Source of the DNA: a virus
Length of the DNA: 64,000 nucleotides
Reading direction: 5' to 3' (one strand)
IMG/VR virus record: IMGVR_UViG_3300028588_000016
Span: 96,001-160,000 of that record
Numbering within the stretch: position 1 is the stretch's first letter; every line of letters starts with the position of its first letter. Below, one piece after another: positions 21,698 to 31,909 of the stretch. Below the pieces are notes generated by a model. The model made no database searches. It was not told where the DNA came from and saw nothing but the letters and a program-made list of their open reading frames with translations. A program made the translations under genes and the position numbers.

Positions 21698-24600
21698 TTA
21701 ATTAATTTTTCTAGAGCCTATTGCGTGTATTTTAAATATCGCATTAATAGGATTTGAACCTGTTAGTGATTTAAGAATAAATTGAACAGTATGCGACACA
21801 ATAGCAGGACTACCTGAAGAAATAAGAACAGGAGGTGTTTTGATTGTATATCTACCTTTGGGTAAAAACCAATCATCAGTTACTGTTGGATAATATCCTT
21901 GTGAAGCAGCTAATGTTTGTGCATAACTTGCTGTGTAGACATAAATTTGTGGAGAAATTCCACTAATGTTCACCATATCTTGCATTATTTCGATATCAAC
22001 TATCATTTCAATGACATCTGCTGCAAGGTAAGTAACTCCACTTGTTTTATTTTGTTTATAATTAAATACGCCTTCGTTAGTGTAGTTACCACTAACAGTT
22101 ATTATTTGCTTATTACCTGAAGTTTCTAAAACTTTAGTAGGTGTAACAGTAGCACCGTTGCTATAATTCTCAATACTCCAATTAGTAGCTAAAGGAGAAC
22201 CTGTTGTAAAAAAAGGATTATCTACACTAGCAGGATTAATCTGAAAAGCAATATTCGCATCTTCTATTAGAGTATTTAATACATTTCCCACGATTGTTCC
22301 CAATAGAGTATCACCTTTTGTATTTGGATGTAAACCGTCAGCAAATAAAGTTGAAGTTGTCAATATAGTGGTTGAATCAATAATTCTATCAACATCTTTA
22401 TTGGCTAATATCCAAGCGTTTACTTGTAGTCTAATAGCTTCATTAGCAGCAGACAAAGCCGCTGCTGGTGCAAATCTTGTTGGAATTGTAATAGCGATTA
22501 CTCTACAACCAATTGCTTTTAATCTTCTATATATTGTTGTTAAATTAGAAGTGATAGTATTGAAAGATACTGATTGGGTAACGTCATTTGTTCCAGCCAT
22601 CACAACACAAGCTTTAGGATTTAATGCAATAAGTGTGTTTAATCTAGCTAAGATTTGAGTACTATTTTCTCCGGCAACACCTTGATTACTTCCTACAGGT
22701 CTTTTGTATTTATTACCCGAAATAATACTAGCTATAGTAGAATAACCATCACCTAAGTAATAATTAATTCCATTATTTACAGAATCTCCGTGAGCTGTAA
22801 TACTATCTCCTGTAAATGCCAAAGTAGAATCTATAGGCAATAAAGAATTCACAACTGATATTGGATTAACATCTCCATTAACCCAATTATTTTGTCTGAA
22901 AATAGGAGATACGTAACCATTAAAACTATTTACTAATGTTGTTCCAAATATTTTATTATTTAAAAAGTATACGTTAGATGCAGCTGAATTGTTTGAAGAA
23001 AAGGCATAAACAGGTTGGTTAGTTGAACTTTTAACATCATTACTGTTTATAGTGTTACCACTAATTATAGCTCCTGAATGTGTTGTTACGATACCTGTTT
23101 CCAGTAATCCACCTGTTGCACTATTTAAATAGGTTACATTATTACTTGCAATTGATACAGTACCTGTCTCACTATAAGATGCGGCAAATGTAAATATACC
23201 TGTTCTATTTACTGTAGATGGTTTAGAAAATATTAAAGTATTACTCATAATTTCTACAGATTTACCGTTACCACCCGCTTGCATTAATATACCATATTCA
23301 GATGGATCTTGTATATCGTTATCAGCTATTCTATAATAAGTATTAAAGTTACCTAATGTTTCTATAGCTCTCTTACATCCTGTAATTGTATTACCAGTAA
23401 CAGATGTTACACTAGGTACAGCATCTGTTATTTCAAATAAGTTATTTATAAAAATACCATCACCAATACCAACTGGGTTTTCAATAGCATTACCTTCAAT
23501 AGTTTGACCTGTTTGGCCATTAACTTCTATACCATAAGCTACAAATCCTTTAATAGTATTGTTTCTTACAATAGATTGATAACCAACAGATGAAATACCC
23601 ATTCTATTATCTTCTACTACACCTAAACCTGCATTTAAAACAGTGTTATTAAATATATTACTGTTATAAGTATGTTGTTGATCTTCAATACCTGAGTTAC
23701 CTGATTGTTCAATAATGTTATTAGATATTTGATTTCTATAACAAGGATTGGCTGTACCTCCATTACCTGTACCAGTGAAACCTACTTTACTAGATTTGTA
23801 ACTATAATTGTTGTCTATGATATTATCACTAGCACCATATTCACAATGTCTAACAGCAACTGTATAAAATTTATTATTAATGACTTTATTTCGTTTACAA
23901 GTTAAACCAGATAACCAGACTCCATGAACATCTAAACCATAGATAAAATTAAAATCAAATATGTTATTATCTATTATATTATCTTGTCCGGTTACTCTGA
24001 TTACTGAATTAGTCCATGCCGTTAAAGTACTGTTTGGGAAAGCTACTGTAGGTGGAATAAATCTTAAATCTTTAATAGTTGAATCAGTACCTGTCATAGT
24101 GACATATCGCATGAAATTAAGTAAATCACCAGTTGGATTAATTGCTCCGATAATTGCTTTATTTACACCTCTTACTATTTTGTTAGACGTAATACTTAAA
24201 GGTTTATTAATAAAGTAAGTACCTGGTTTACCGTCAATAATTACCTCGTCATAAGTATTGATAGCTGTTTGTAACGCTGTAGATACTTCTGTGTTAGCAG
24301 GAGCTTTAAATACAAAAGCTGTATTTGGTGCTATTGCTCCAATCGCAGAATCTACGTAAGGTTTTAAAGCTACGTTTCCACTTAATCTTGCGTCATTTAA
24401 TGTTCCGGAAGTGATTTGTGCTGCATTAGTAGTAGCTTCACCTCCACCGCCACTCAGCTTAAAAAAAAAATCTGTTACAAGTGCTGTAAGTAAATCTTGC
24501 TTATTAGACGGAGGATTTACATCTGAACCGTCAATGTTTAGTTTACTAATATCTGACATACTTAGAATAACCCCTGTGTCTCCAAATTTAAGGGAGTTAC

Positions 24601-24703
24601 CTGCAACAACAGATAAAGGAGAGTCTGTTGGAATTTGAGCTACAAATTCATTTGTATCACTTAAGAGTAATACGTTACCGTTACTTAGTTTTTTAAGTTT
24701 CAT
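21698..24703 (-). CDS. tailspike: right-handed beta-helix plus SGNH/GDSL esterase domain
   Basis: Asn-ladder repeats (I.NN.I, .GN.I); GDSIT, G...GENS, AGTND, DGLHP catalytic blocks. Confidence 0.8.
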   Translation of the reverse strand: MKLKKLSNGNVLLLSDTNEFVAQIPTDSPLSVVAGNSLKFGDTGVILSMSDISKLNIDGSDVNPPSNKQDLLTALVTDFFFKLSGGGGEATTNAAQITSGTLNDARLSGNVALKPYVDSAIGAIAPNTAFVFKAPANTEVSTALQTAINTYDEVIIDGKPGTYFINKPLSITSNKIVRGVNKAIIGAINPTGDLLNFMRYVTMTGTDSTIKDLRFIPPTVAFPNSTLTAWTNSVIRVTGQDNIIDNNIFDFNFIYGLDVHGVWLSGLTCKRNKVINNKFYTVAVRHCEYGASDNIIDNNYSYKSSKVGFTGTGNGGTANPCYRNQISNNIIEQSGNSGIEDQQHTYNSNIFNNTVLNAGLGVVEDNRMGISSVGYQSIVRNNTIKGFVAYGIEVNGQTGQTIEGNAIENPVGIGDGIFINNLFEITDAVPSVTSVTGNTITGCKRAIETLGNFNTYYRIADNDIQDPSEYGILMQAGGNGKSVEIMSNTLIFSKPSTVNRTGIFTFAASYSETGTVSIASNNVTYLNSATGGLLETGIVTTHSGAIISGNTINSNDVKSSTNQPVYAFSSNNSAASNVYFLNNKIFGTTLVNSFNGYVSPIFRQNNWVNGDVNPISVVNSLLPIDSTLAFTGDSITAHGDSVNNGINYYLGDGYSTIASIISGNKYKRPVGSNQGVAGENSTQILARLNTLIALNPKACVVMAGTNDVTQSVSFNTITSNLTTIYRRLKAIGCRVIAITIPTRFAPAAALSAANEAIRLQVNAWILANKDVDRIIDSTTILTTSTLFADGLHPNTKGDTLLGTIVGNVLNTLIEDANIAFQINPASVDNPFFTTGSPLATNWSIENYSNGATVTPTKVLETSGNKQIITVSGNYTNEGVFNYKQNKTSGVTYLAADVIEMIVDIEIMQDMVNISGISPQIYVYTASYAQTLAASQGYYPTVTDDWFLPKGRYTIKTPPVLISSGSPAIVSHTVQFILKSLTGSNPINAIFKIHAIGSRKIN
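24461..24470 (-). repeat. T10 homopolymer inside tailspike gene
   Basis: Minus strand GAT TTT TTT TTT AAG (A10 on plus strand). Confidence 0.9.
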
Positions 24704-24715
24704 TATTAATTTATG

Positions 24716-25651
24716 TTATGCTGGTATTGATGTCCATGCTATTGTAGTGTTACCTACTTTATCGGGTGTCAGGCTCTTTATTGTGAGACCTGTTATGAAA
24801 TCACCACCTGTTGTAATCCTGTTATAATCTATTACAGTTATATATGAGACTTCTTCGCCCATTGTAAATACACAATCATATAGGAAAGATCCGCTATTTG
24901 TAAAGACTATTTCAAATTGATAATTAATTGTGAAAGGTGCTATTCTATTTAATGAGTAAATATCCACTAACGCCGCAAATAGTTGTATCGCTGTTATTTG
25001 GTCGTTTTCGTCTGTAATTGGAATTGAGCCTACACTTAATGTAAGAATCTCTTTTCTCTCTGCACAACAATCACTATATTCAAAACTAGATTCAAAACTC
25101 TCACCACTACCTCCTGCGTAATTTAAATCAGCTATGAAACAAGGTTCAATCAAATCTCCATCCTCATTCTTTAAGTAGTTTCTGATACCTATACTACCTT
25201 GATTCCCGTTTTCATTATTTTGAGTATTAACCATTTTAATTACATTAGATGATTGTACTAATGCTGGATCAAAGTAATGAGCTATCATGTTTTCAGGAGG
25301 ACATATAAAGTCTCCATCTATTAATGCGGGAGTATCTAAAGAAGCTATGAATACTGAACCTATTTGTGTATCGTAATTTAAGTCTACGTTTCCGATTAAA
25401 CCGTCGTTTAAGTAAACATTAAAGTTATCATCTTTTGCTGCGTTTGAGTTACATATTTGAAATACTAATACTCTACTAGGACAAACAGGAGGTAACTCTA
25501 TTGGGATCTCTATTATATTAGGTTTAGGTGTTAAACACGAGCTATCCCAAGTTGAATCTTCTTCGTAGATTATCACATCATCCAACTTAGTAATACAACT
25601 AAGATCGGATGACGTAACATCTGTAACATCTTGAATATAACTTTTAGCCAT
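24716..25651 (-). CDS. hypothetical structural protein
   Basis: Start reassigned to ATG 25651, which overlaps the upstream stop. Confidence 0.6.
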   Translation of the reverse strand: MAKSYIQDVTDVTSSDLSCITKLDDVIIYEEDSTWDSSCLTPKPNIIEIPIELPPVCPSRVLVFQICNSNAAKDDNFNVYLNDGLIGNVDLNYDTQIGSVFIASLDTPALIDGDFICPPENMIAHYFDPALVQSSNVIKMVNTQNNENGNQGSIGIRNYLKNEDGDLIEPCFIADLNYAGGSGESFESSFEYSDCCAERKEILTLSVGSIPITDENDQITAIQLFAALVDIYSLNRIAPFTINYQFEIVFTNSGSFLYDCVFTMGEEVSYITVIDYNRITTGGDFITGLTIKSLTPDKVGNTTIAWTSIPA

Positions 25652-25880
25652 TTGATAACTTAACAATAGCGTTATCAAATAGTTGTATCTGTCTGAAAGC
25701 ATCTATCTCAAAATCTTTTATAAAATCGATTACAGTTATTGCTTCCATAATCGGTTCATATCCGTCTAGAGGATGTCCTCTTTGAGCTTTTATAACAAAA
25801 GAAGAATAGGCTTTAATTATTTTTGCTTTGAGCGATTCACGAAGTTTATCCGCAACCGCAGTCTGATCCGTTGTTGCCAT
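25644..25880 (-). CDS. small conserved crAss-like protein
   Basis: 78 aa; synteny downstream of portal. Confidence 0.55.
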   Translation of the reverse strand: MATTDQTAVADKLRESLKAKIIKAYSSFVIKAQRGHPLDGYEPIMEAITVIDFIKDFEIDAFRQIQLFDNAIVKLSNG

Positions 25881-26601
25881 TGATTTGTTTACAAATTAGA
25901 CCACATGAATTACTAGATTCTATTACTTTTTGAACCTCATTCAAATGACCGTCTTCTTTTAAATAGTTAATAACGTTTAAAGTCATTACTATATAATCTC
26001 TTTGTTTTTTATAGATATCTCCTTTACCGTTACAAGCTTCTAAACCTTTTGATAAGATTTCTGTTTGTAATTTAAACAAACATTTGTTAAGATAACAAGT
26101 ACTTATAAATTTATAACTGGTTATAGAACCTGTAGTATCATTACCCATCAGTAAAACTAAATCTTTTAATTCAACTACTTCGTTAGCTGAATTATAATAG
26201 AAACCTGTTTCTGGATCGTAGTAATAAGCAGTCTTAGTTATATTTCCAATATTTGCTAAGTAATAAGCTTTGGTAATTACGAAGGCTCTTTTAAAAGTAT
26301 AGACTCCGTCTTTAGCTAAAGTATAATATTTAGTTTCAAAGTTATCTGCATAAACTGGTTTAACTTCTGAGGTTGTTAAACTAATTACTTCTTCTAATGG
26401 GTTAAGGATTTGCGTATCTCTATTGTAAGGATTATAGATTACAGTATCAATAAAAACACCGTTTGATAATTTATAATCACCTTCTAAGGTAGGAGTACCG
26501 GATTCAATTACGAATCCGTTAGCTCCACCGAAACCTGTAGTATCTTGTATACTTAATATACAATTACTATTAAAGTTGATATTTATTTTTAATTTAGTCA
26601 T
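25846..26601 (-). CDS. conserved crAss-like protein downstream of portal
   Basis: Cys-rich C-terminus (CYLNKC...KQRDY...INYL...CGLIC...DCGC). Confidence 0.65.
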   Translation of the reverse strand: MTKLKININFNSNCILSIQDTTGFGGANGFVIESGTPTLEGDYKLSNGVFIDTVIYNPYNRDTQILNPLEEVISLTTSEVKPVYADNFETKYYTLAKDGVYTFKRAFVITKAYYLANIGNITKTAYYYDPETGFYYNSANEVVELKDLVLLMGNDTTGSITSYKFISTCYLNKCLFKLQTEILSKGLEACNGKGDIYKKQRDYIVMTLNVINYLKEDGHLNEVQKVIESSNSCGLICKQINGNNGSDCGCG

Positions 26602-26603
26602 CT

Positions 26604-28856
26604 TTAGTCCATTTTAACCTCATTGTTATTTGGGTTATTGTCAAACATTTGCAGTTTCTCTAGTTCAACTTTCTCTTCATCAAGCTTAAGTTTACCATCG
26701 TTAAATACTCTAACATTATCGTTAGCTTCACTACGTATAGCAAAATCGTTTTTAACTTTAGCTTCTTCAAGATCCAAGTTACGTTTCTTAAATGCTTCAA
26801 GTTCTCTAGCAATCTTTTGCATTTCTTGTTGCATTTGTTGCTGTTGTTGTTGAGCTTGTTCAAGTTGTTGCTGCAAGTTACCAACAATGTCGTTTTCTTC
26901 TTTCTTCTTAGCTAAACCGTTAAGAATAGATTCTTGCATTTCAGTCATACTTTCGGTAGTAATAGCTTGGAAAACTACTTCTGGATCTACTAGTCCACCT
27001 TTAATAAGTTCCATACTTAATCCTTCAATCTTTTGCATATCTTTGATAATGTCTCCACTATCTGCAATATGTACATCGTGATCAGTAAAACTAAAGTTCT
27101 TAGGATCTACTGTAAAGATTTTACGTTGTTTATCTCCTAATATAATAGAACCTACGAATCCTTTTCTGTATGAATACTTACATTGATTGATAGCGTCAAC
27201 TAATAATTCAGCTGTAATGTTATCCATTAAATGGAAGTAGGATTTAGTAATAATAGCAGATTGTTTTACTCCAACTTCTACGTTAGTTACCGCATCTCTT
27301 TGTTCTATTCCACCAAGTCTTTCTCTGAAGACACCTGTTATATTTGAACAAGCAGCTTCAGTTTGTTGAATAGCTAAACCTATTGCTTGTATTGCATCAC
27401 CTTTAACAGTATCGTCAAATCCACCGAATATAGTATTAAGGTTAGCTGCACGGCCTTCTTGTGAAGAGTCTAACAAAGCAACACCGTTCTTTTTATAACC
27501 TATCCATTTCATCAAACGTTCTGCAGGTTCAGTACCTAAGAAAGCTGGTAATTGCGATACGTCCATAAAGTCACCTTGTACACCAGAGTTAGCCATTAAA
27601 GTGTCTCTCCAGAAGTGTAGTAAATCATACTTATCTTGAATAGAAGCCGCAGCTAAAACTAAAGAATAAGTAGTACCTCTAGCACCAGGACAGAATCCAT
27701 TAACTGATAAGTAAGCAGCGTTAGGTTTTTCGATAGAACGTATAACGTTTTCTTTCTTACCCATATCACAATAAATATCAGCACCTATACGTACACCCTC
27801 ATAGATATCAGTACGATAACCTTTTCCATTAATACCGTCTTTCATTTCGATTTCAGTATTAGTAGTCCATTCAACTTCGTAAACAGGATATAAATTCTGA
27901 GTACTAAAGTCCCTATCGTATTCAGCAGAATAAGGTATAGTTATATCAACATTTGAAATAAGTCCACCACTTGCACTCCTGATGTAGTAAACTTGTGCGG
28001 TATGATCGTAAGCTACCTCGCTATCTAAAGCATCGATATCTTCTTTCTCCATCTTATGACCATACTTAGAAATTATTTCAGTCTTAGTATACCAATAACG
28101 TACAACACTCCTTGCTCTCTTCTTAACGTAGGGAGAAGAATAGTTATTACTATTTTCTATAAATGTATCAAAAGGATTAAGTATTTCAATCTCTGGAGTT
28201 TCTCCTTCATGCTGTAGAGATACTTTGTAATAACATTGACCTGCCACCAAGATATCTAAGAATAGAATCTTTAGTTTAGTGTATAAATCAACTTCTCTAC
28301 TTTGTATTAAGTGAGTAACGATATCTTGAGCAGCTACTTCAAAATCCGATTTAAAGTTTCTACTTAAATCATCCTTTAGTTTACTAATCTCTCTTTCATT
28401 TGCTTTATCGACAGGAGGTTGTTTAGCTTTCTTCTCTTCTTCTGTTTGTAAAGCGTACCAAAGATTATTCATCATTTGGCTTTTTAATCTTTCTAATTCA
28501 CCTGCATAGATTGCTTCCTTACGTTGCTTTTCTATTAAGTTGATAGTCTTTCTATCTTTACAAGTGATTTTCGGTTTAAGTTTGTTCTGTAAATGTTCAC
28601 CGATTAAAACGTCAATATGACTCTTAATCAGAGGAATGAATTCTACAGAAGTAGGTGTACCTATACCGAAGTTATCTTCTAAGTGTTTGTATTGATCTTT
28701 GTCACGTTTACCTTCATAGTAGTTATAAGCTTTTCTTAAAGAATCTTTCTCATACACTAATTCAGAAATAGCGGCATCAATACAATCCATAAGGTATTCT
28801 GGATCTTCCTTTTGTTTCTCTGTCAGTAATACTGATCTGTAATTAACAGTGCCCAT
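26604..28856 (-). CDS. portal protein
   Basis: 750 aa; AYNYYEGKRD..QYKHLEDNFGIGTPTSVEFIPLI, ITGVFRERLGGIEQRDAVTNV motifs. Confidence 0.9.
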   Translation of the reverse strand: MGTVNYRSVLLTEKQKEDPEYLMDCIDAAISELVYEKDSLRKAYNYYEGKRDKDQYKHLEDNFGIGTPTSVEFIPLIKSHIDVLIGEHLQNKLKPKITCKDRKTINLIEKQRKEAIYAGELERLKSQMMNNLWYALQTEEEKKAKQPPVDKANEREISKLKDDLSRNFKSDFEVAAQDIVTHLIQSREVDLYTKLKILFLDILVAGQCYYKVSLQHEGETPEIEILNPFDTFIENSNNYSSPYVKKRARSVVRYWYTKTEIISKYGHKMEKEDIDALDSEVAYDHTAQVYYIRSASGGLISNVDITIPYSAEYDRDFSTQNLYPVYEVEWTTNTEIEMKDGINGKGYRTDIYEGVRIGADIYCDMGKKENVIRSIEKPNAAYLSVNGFCPGARGTTYSLVLAAASIQDKYDLLHFWRDTLMANSGVQGDFMDVSQLPAFLGTEPAERLMKWIGYKKNGVALLDSSQEGRAANLNTIFGGFDDTVKGDAIQAIGLAIQQTEAACSNITGVFRERLGGIEQRDAVTNVEVGVKQSAIITKSYFHLMDNITAELLVDAINQCKYSYRKGFVGSIILGDKQRKIFTVDPKNFSFTDHDVHIADSGDIIKDMQKIEGLSMELIKGGLVDPEVVFQAITTESMTEMQESILNGLAKKKEENDIVGNLQQQLEQAQQQQQQMQQEMQKIARELEAFKKRNLDLEEAKVKNDFAIRSEANDNVRVFNDGKLKLDEEKVELEKLQMFDNNPNNNEVKMD

Positions 28857-29166
28857 CTTTGAAATTCTTTACGTTGCTTTCTGGAACGCTATCTGGCATA
28901 ACTTTAAAAGCGCTGAAATATTTTGTATTATAGAGAGATCTATTACGAAACTCTCTTTTAAAGTAATTTATAAAATCTGCATCAGTCGAGAAATCACCGG
29001 CCAATATGATCGGTCTTTCATCGTTATTTAAATTGAAATGTAATACATATACATTACCTTCACGAAATAACTTTGATCTGCCTGTATACAATAGTTTATA
29101 TTGTGTACAAATATATTCTTTTATTGCATCTAATACTGGATGCTCTGTTACATAGTCTTCTGTCAT
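28843..29166 (-). CDS. conserved small protein between terminase and portal
   Basis: 107 aa overlapping both neighbours. Confidence 0.6.
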   Translation of the reverse strand: MTEDYVTEHPVLDAIKEYICTQYKLLYTGRSKLFREGNVYVLHFNLNNDERPIILAGDFSTDADFINYFKREFRNRSLYNTKYFSAFKVMPDSVPESNVKNFKDGHC

Positions 29167-31286
29167 TGTATCATGTATGGATGGTTAGGGAATAAAGCTT
29201 GAGCTAGTTTATTAGATTCATCTCTTACCCCGAATTGTTTTTTACCGTTGGCATCAGTGAAATATCCAACATCTTTCCACTTGCTAGCTAAATCATCTGT
29301 CTTTCTAATAACTAAATCGTACATATCTTCGTCAGCTATTTCACAATAAACCATAGACATCACTATATCGAACAGACCTTTAGCTTCGTAAGAGAATTTC
29401 TGTAACTGCTCTATCATTTCTATAAAGAAAATACTTTGAGCACCATCTTCAACGAAATCCGTTACCAAACTCAATCCATGCATAATCATCTTTTCAGAAC
29501 CAGGAGTACCCCATAAAGTAGCTGCAGGACGTTTATCTCCTAAAGCAAACGAAGGTCTTTCCATTAGATACTTTCTATCTAATTTCTTTAAACGTAACCA
29601 TGTTCTAAAACCGATCTTCGTATCCTCTAAGTTAGTCTTACAGCTATAATACATAAGTAGCTTTGCACCATTAGTATATGCTTCACGCACGTCCATAGGT
29701 CTATCCATATAATAGGCTACATATTTATTACCTGTATTACCAAATCTTCGTTTCTTAATAGTCATACAGAACTTTGAACCTTTAGCTCCAACAACTGAAT
29801 CGCCTTCACCGTGGTCAATACTATCAGTTCCAGAACAGTATAAGTTTCTTACTGGTACAATACTACCATTTTCATTCTGTTGATGTACAGGATGTTCTGA
29901 TATCATAATCATCCCTTTAGGATTAGGTTCCCATCTAACACCGGTAACTTCATCTGTTCCTTCTTTATATGTCCAAAACAAGTGACCTCTTTCAGGTACA
30001 GGAGTAGACTTTAAGATTTTAATCTCTGTATACTGTTGAGCAAGTAAAGCTTGGTTGAAATCGTTTTGACCTTGTTTAGATAAGGCTTCTTCTGGATAAA
30101 AACAATACTCTGCACAATAGTTCATTAGCTCGACAGGATCGTGTGCTAGTTTTCTACGTTTAGCATTGTAATAATCTTTAGCCATTTGAGAATTAGTAAC
30201 ACCTCTATGATCCATACAACTAACCATTTCACCTGTCTCTTCATCTTTGTATCCGATGAAACAACTGTAAGCTGGTAAGAAGAATCCTGTAAGAGCATAT
30301 TGACCGTCTGTAGTATGATTATGTCTATATGGTAATCCTTCGAACATTGCTGGATTAATAAACATTTTCTCTAAACCTGCTAATGCCGGTCCGCTATCAC
30401 CACCTGTACCAAACACAATACGTGTACCAATCTTTCTACCCAATAGATCTACTAGTGCTTGACCTTTTACATACGTTTCTGTAAGAATTGGATTAGATCC
30501 AGACTCTTCATATATTAAACGATCCACACGACTACCCCTAAGTTTACGTGAGTTATCGGCAACAACTCCCATAATTTCAGATAAGAATCCTTTCTCATTC
30601 TTTTGAGAATCGAGATAAGATGCTTTCTTCCACATAGTGGTATCTTTAACTTGTCTTAATCTAGAAAAGGCTGTTTCTGTTTCTTGATTCAAGTATTCTA
30701 ACTGATCCCAACATTTAGATAATGTAGGAGTTAAAAGACCATCTGAGAAAGCTACATAAAATACTTTATATTTCTTGTTTGTAATGTAAGGTCTAACGCC
30801 TAAACATACCGCCATCTCTGAGAAACCAACACCCCTCGCTTTAAACGCGATAACATCTTTACCCAAATGTTCACATATGTCTATGTAATGAAAGTATTCA
30901 TAGTGTTTTGACCAAAAGTCTGGATGACCAACGTCACGACCAGAACCTGCTTTAGTCACATTACCTAGTTTCTGCAATACGTAAAAGTTAAGAAAGAAAT
31001 AATGGTCACCAGTAATACGGTAACCATTATGTTCAAATCCTTCTTTACACCTACGCATTTGTTCTACCCACCAATCACGATGAGACTTTGTTCCTATAGG
31101 GTAATTAGTATATTTACCGGTGGCGTCTTTTTTAACACCTGCTTCAATAAATGGAGTTTTGTCAAAATCAAGGCCTTTAGTTTCAGTAATAGGACGATAC
31201 TTACTAAGTTCATAAGTTAACTCTGGATCAAAGAATTCAATCTTCCTTCCAATAGGTACGTCCCATTTAAATTGTTCTTTCGCCAT
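29163..31286 (-). CDS. terL: terminase large subunit
   Basis: KARGVGFSE Walker A, LIYEESG Walker B, GTDSID RNase H-like nuclease motif; no intron or intein seen. Confidence 0.92.
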   Translation of the reverse strand: MAKEQFKWDVPIGRKIEFFDPELTYELSKYRPITETKGLDFDKTPFIEAGVKKDATGKYTNYPIGTKSHRDWWVEQMRRCKEGFEHNGYRITGDHYFFLNFYVLQKLGNVTKAGSGRDVGHPDFWSKHYEYFHYIDICEHLGKDVIAFKARGVGFSEMAVCLGVRPYITNKKYKVFYVAFSDGLLTPTLSKCWDQLEYLNQETETAFSRLRQVKDTTMWKKASYLDSQKNEKGFLSEIMGVVADNSRKLRGSRVDRLIYEESGSNPILTETYVKGQALVDLLGRKIGTRIVFGTGGDSGPALAGLEKMFINPAMFEGLPYRHNHTTDGQYALTGFFLPAYSCFIGYKDEETGEMVSCMDHRGVTNSQMAKDYYNAKRRKLAHDPVELMNYCAEYCFYPEEALSKQGQNDFNQALLAQQYTEIKILKSTPVPERGHLFWTYKEGTDEVTGVRWEPNPKGMIMISEHPVHQQNENGSIVPVRNLYCSGTDSIDHGEGDSVVGAKGSKFCMTIKKRRFGNTGNKYVAYYMDRPMDVREAYTNGAKLLMYYSCKTNLEDTKIGFRTWLRLKKLDRKYLMERPSFALGDKRPAATLWGTPGSEKMIMHGLSLVTDFVEDGAQSIFFIEMIEQLQKFSYEAKGLFDIVMSMVYCEIADEDMYDLVIRKTDDLASKWKDVGYFTDANGKKQFGVRDESNKLAQALFPNHPYMIQ

Positions 31287-31288
31287 AA

Positions 31289-31861
31289 TTAATCTTCAAA
31301 CATTCCTTTAGAAGCACCTGCACGTACACCTTTTTCTTTTTCTTGTTCTTTCTTAACCATGAACTCCAGTTGTTGTAAACCTTCTACAGTTTTACCTAGA
31401 GCAGCTAAGTTAGCCATTGCTTCTTTTGCAGAGTGAATTGGTTTACCAGTTTCCATGTCTCTTTCTTGAAGAGAAGTAGTTCTAAAATATAACCTTAACT
31501 CATCAATCATACAGTAAGCATCAGCTAATAGTTTCAGACTTCTTGTCTCTAGCAAAGAACGATATTTAATGATAGCAGCTGTTAGTAATTCGTCATCTAA
31601 ATCCTTTTGAGTTAGTTTAGAATCTTCCATTGCTGCATCAATCTTTTCTTTATCAGAGTATTCCGAGTAAGGAGATTTCCAATCGTATACCAAATAGATA
31701 TAAGTAAATGCTCTAAATGCTTTAAGTCGTTTACGTCCGTCTTTGTCTCCCTCTACTCCAGAGTTATATTTAAGTGTGAATAATTCAGCAAACTCTTTAA
31801 TTAAAAGTAGTTCCGGTTTATTCAGTTCTAAGCGATAGTCTTCGTATATAAATAAATTCAT
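31289..31861 (-). CDS. conserved crAss-like protein, candidate terminase small subunit
   Basis: 190 aa directly upstream of terL; D(W)KSPY motif. Confidence 0.5.
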   Translation of the reverse strand: MNLFIYEDYRLELNKPELLLIKEFAELFTLKYNSGVEGDKDGRKRLKAFRAFTYIYLVYDWKSPYSEYSDKEKIDAAMEDSKLTQKDLDDELLTAAIIKYRSLLETRSLKLLADAYCMIDELRLYFRTTSLQERDMETGKPIHSAKEAMANLAALGKTVEGLQQLEFMVKKEQEKEKGVRAGASKGMFED

Positions 31862-31909
31862 TGTCTTATTATTTTATTATTTCCTATTAATTATTATTGT
31901 TGTGTTAAA

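Noticed and set aside
183-31220. Plus-strand ORFs in the structural region (e.g. 183, 1623, 4201, 7329, 21917-24638, 26623-27081, 28849, 31002)
   Set aside because: Antisense shadows of long, recognisable minus-strand genes.
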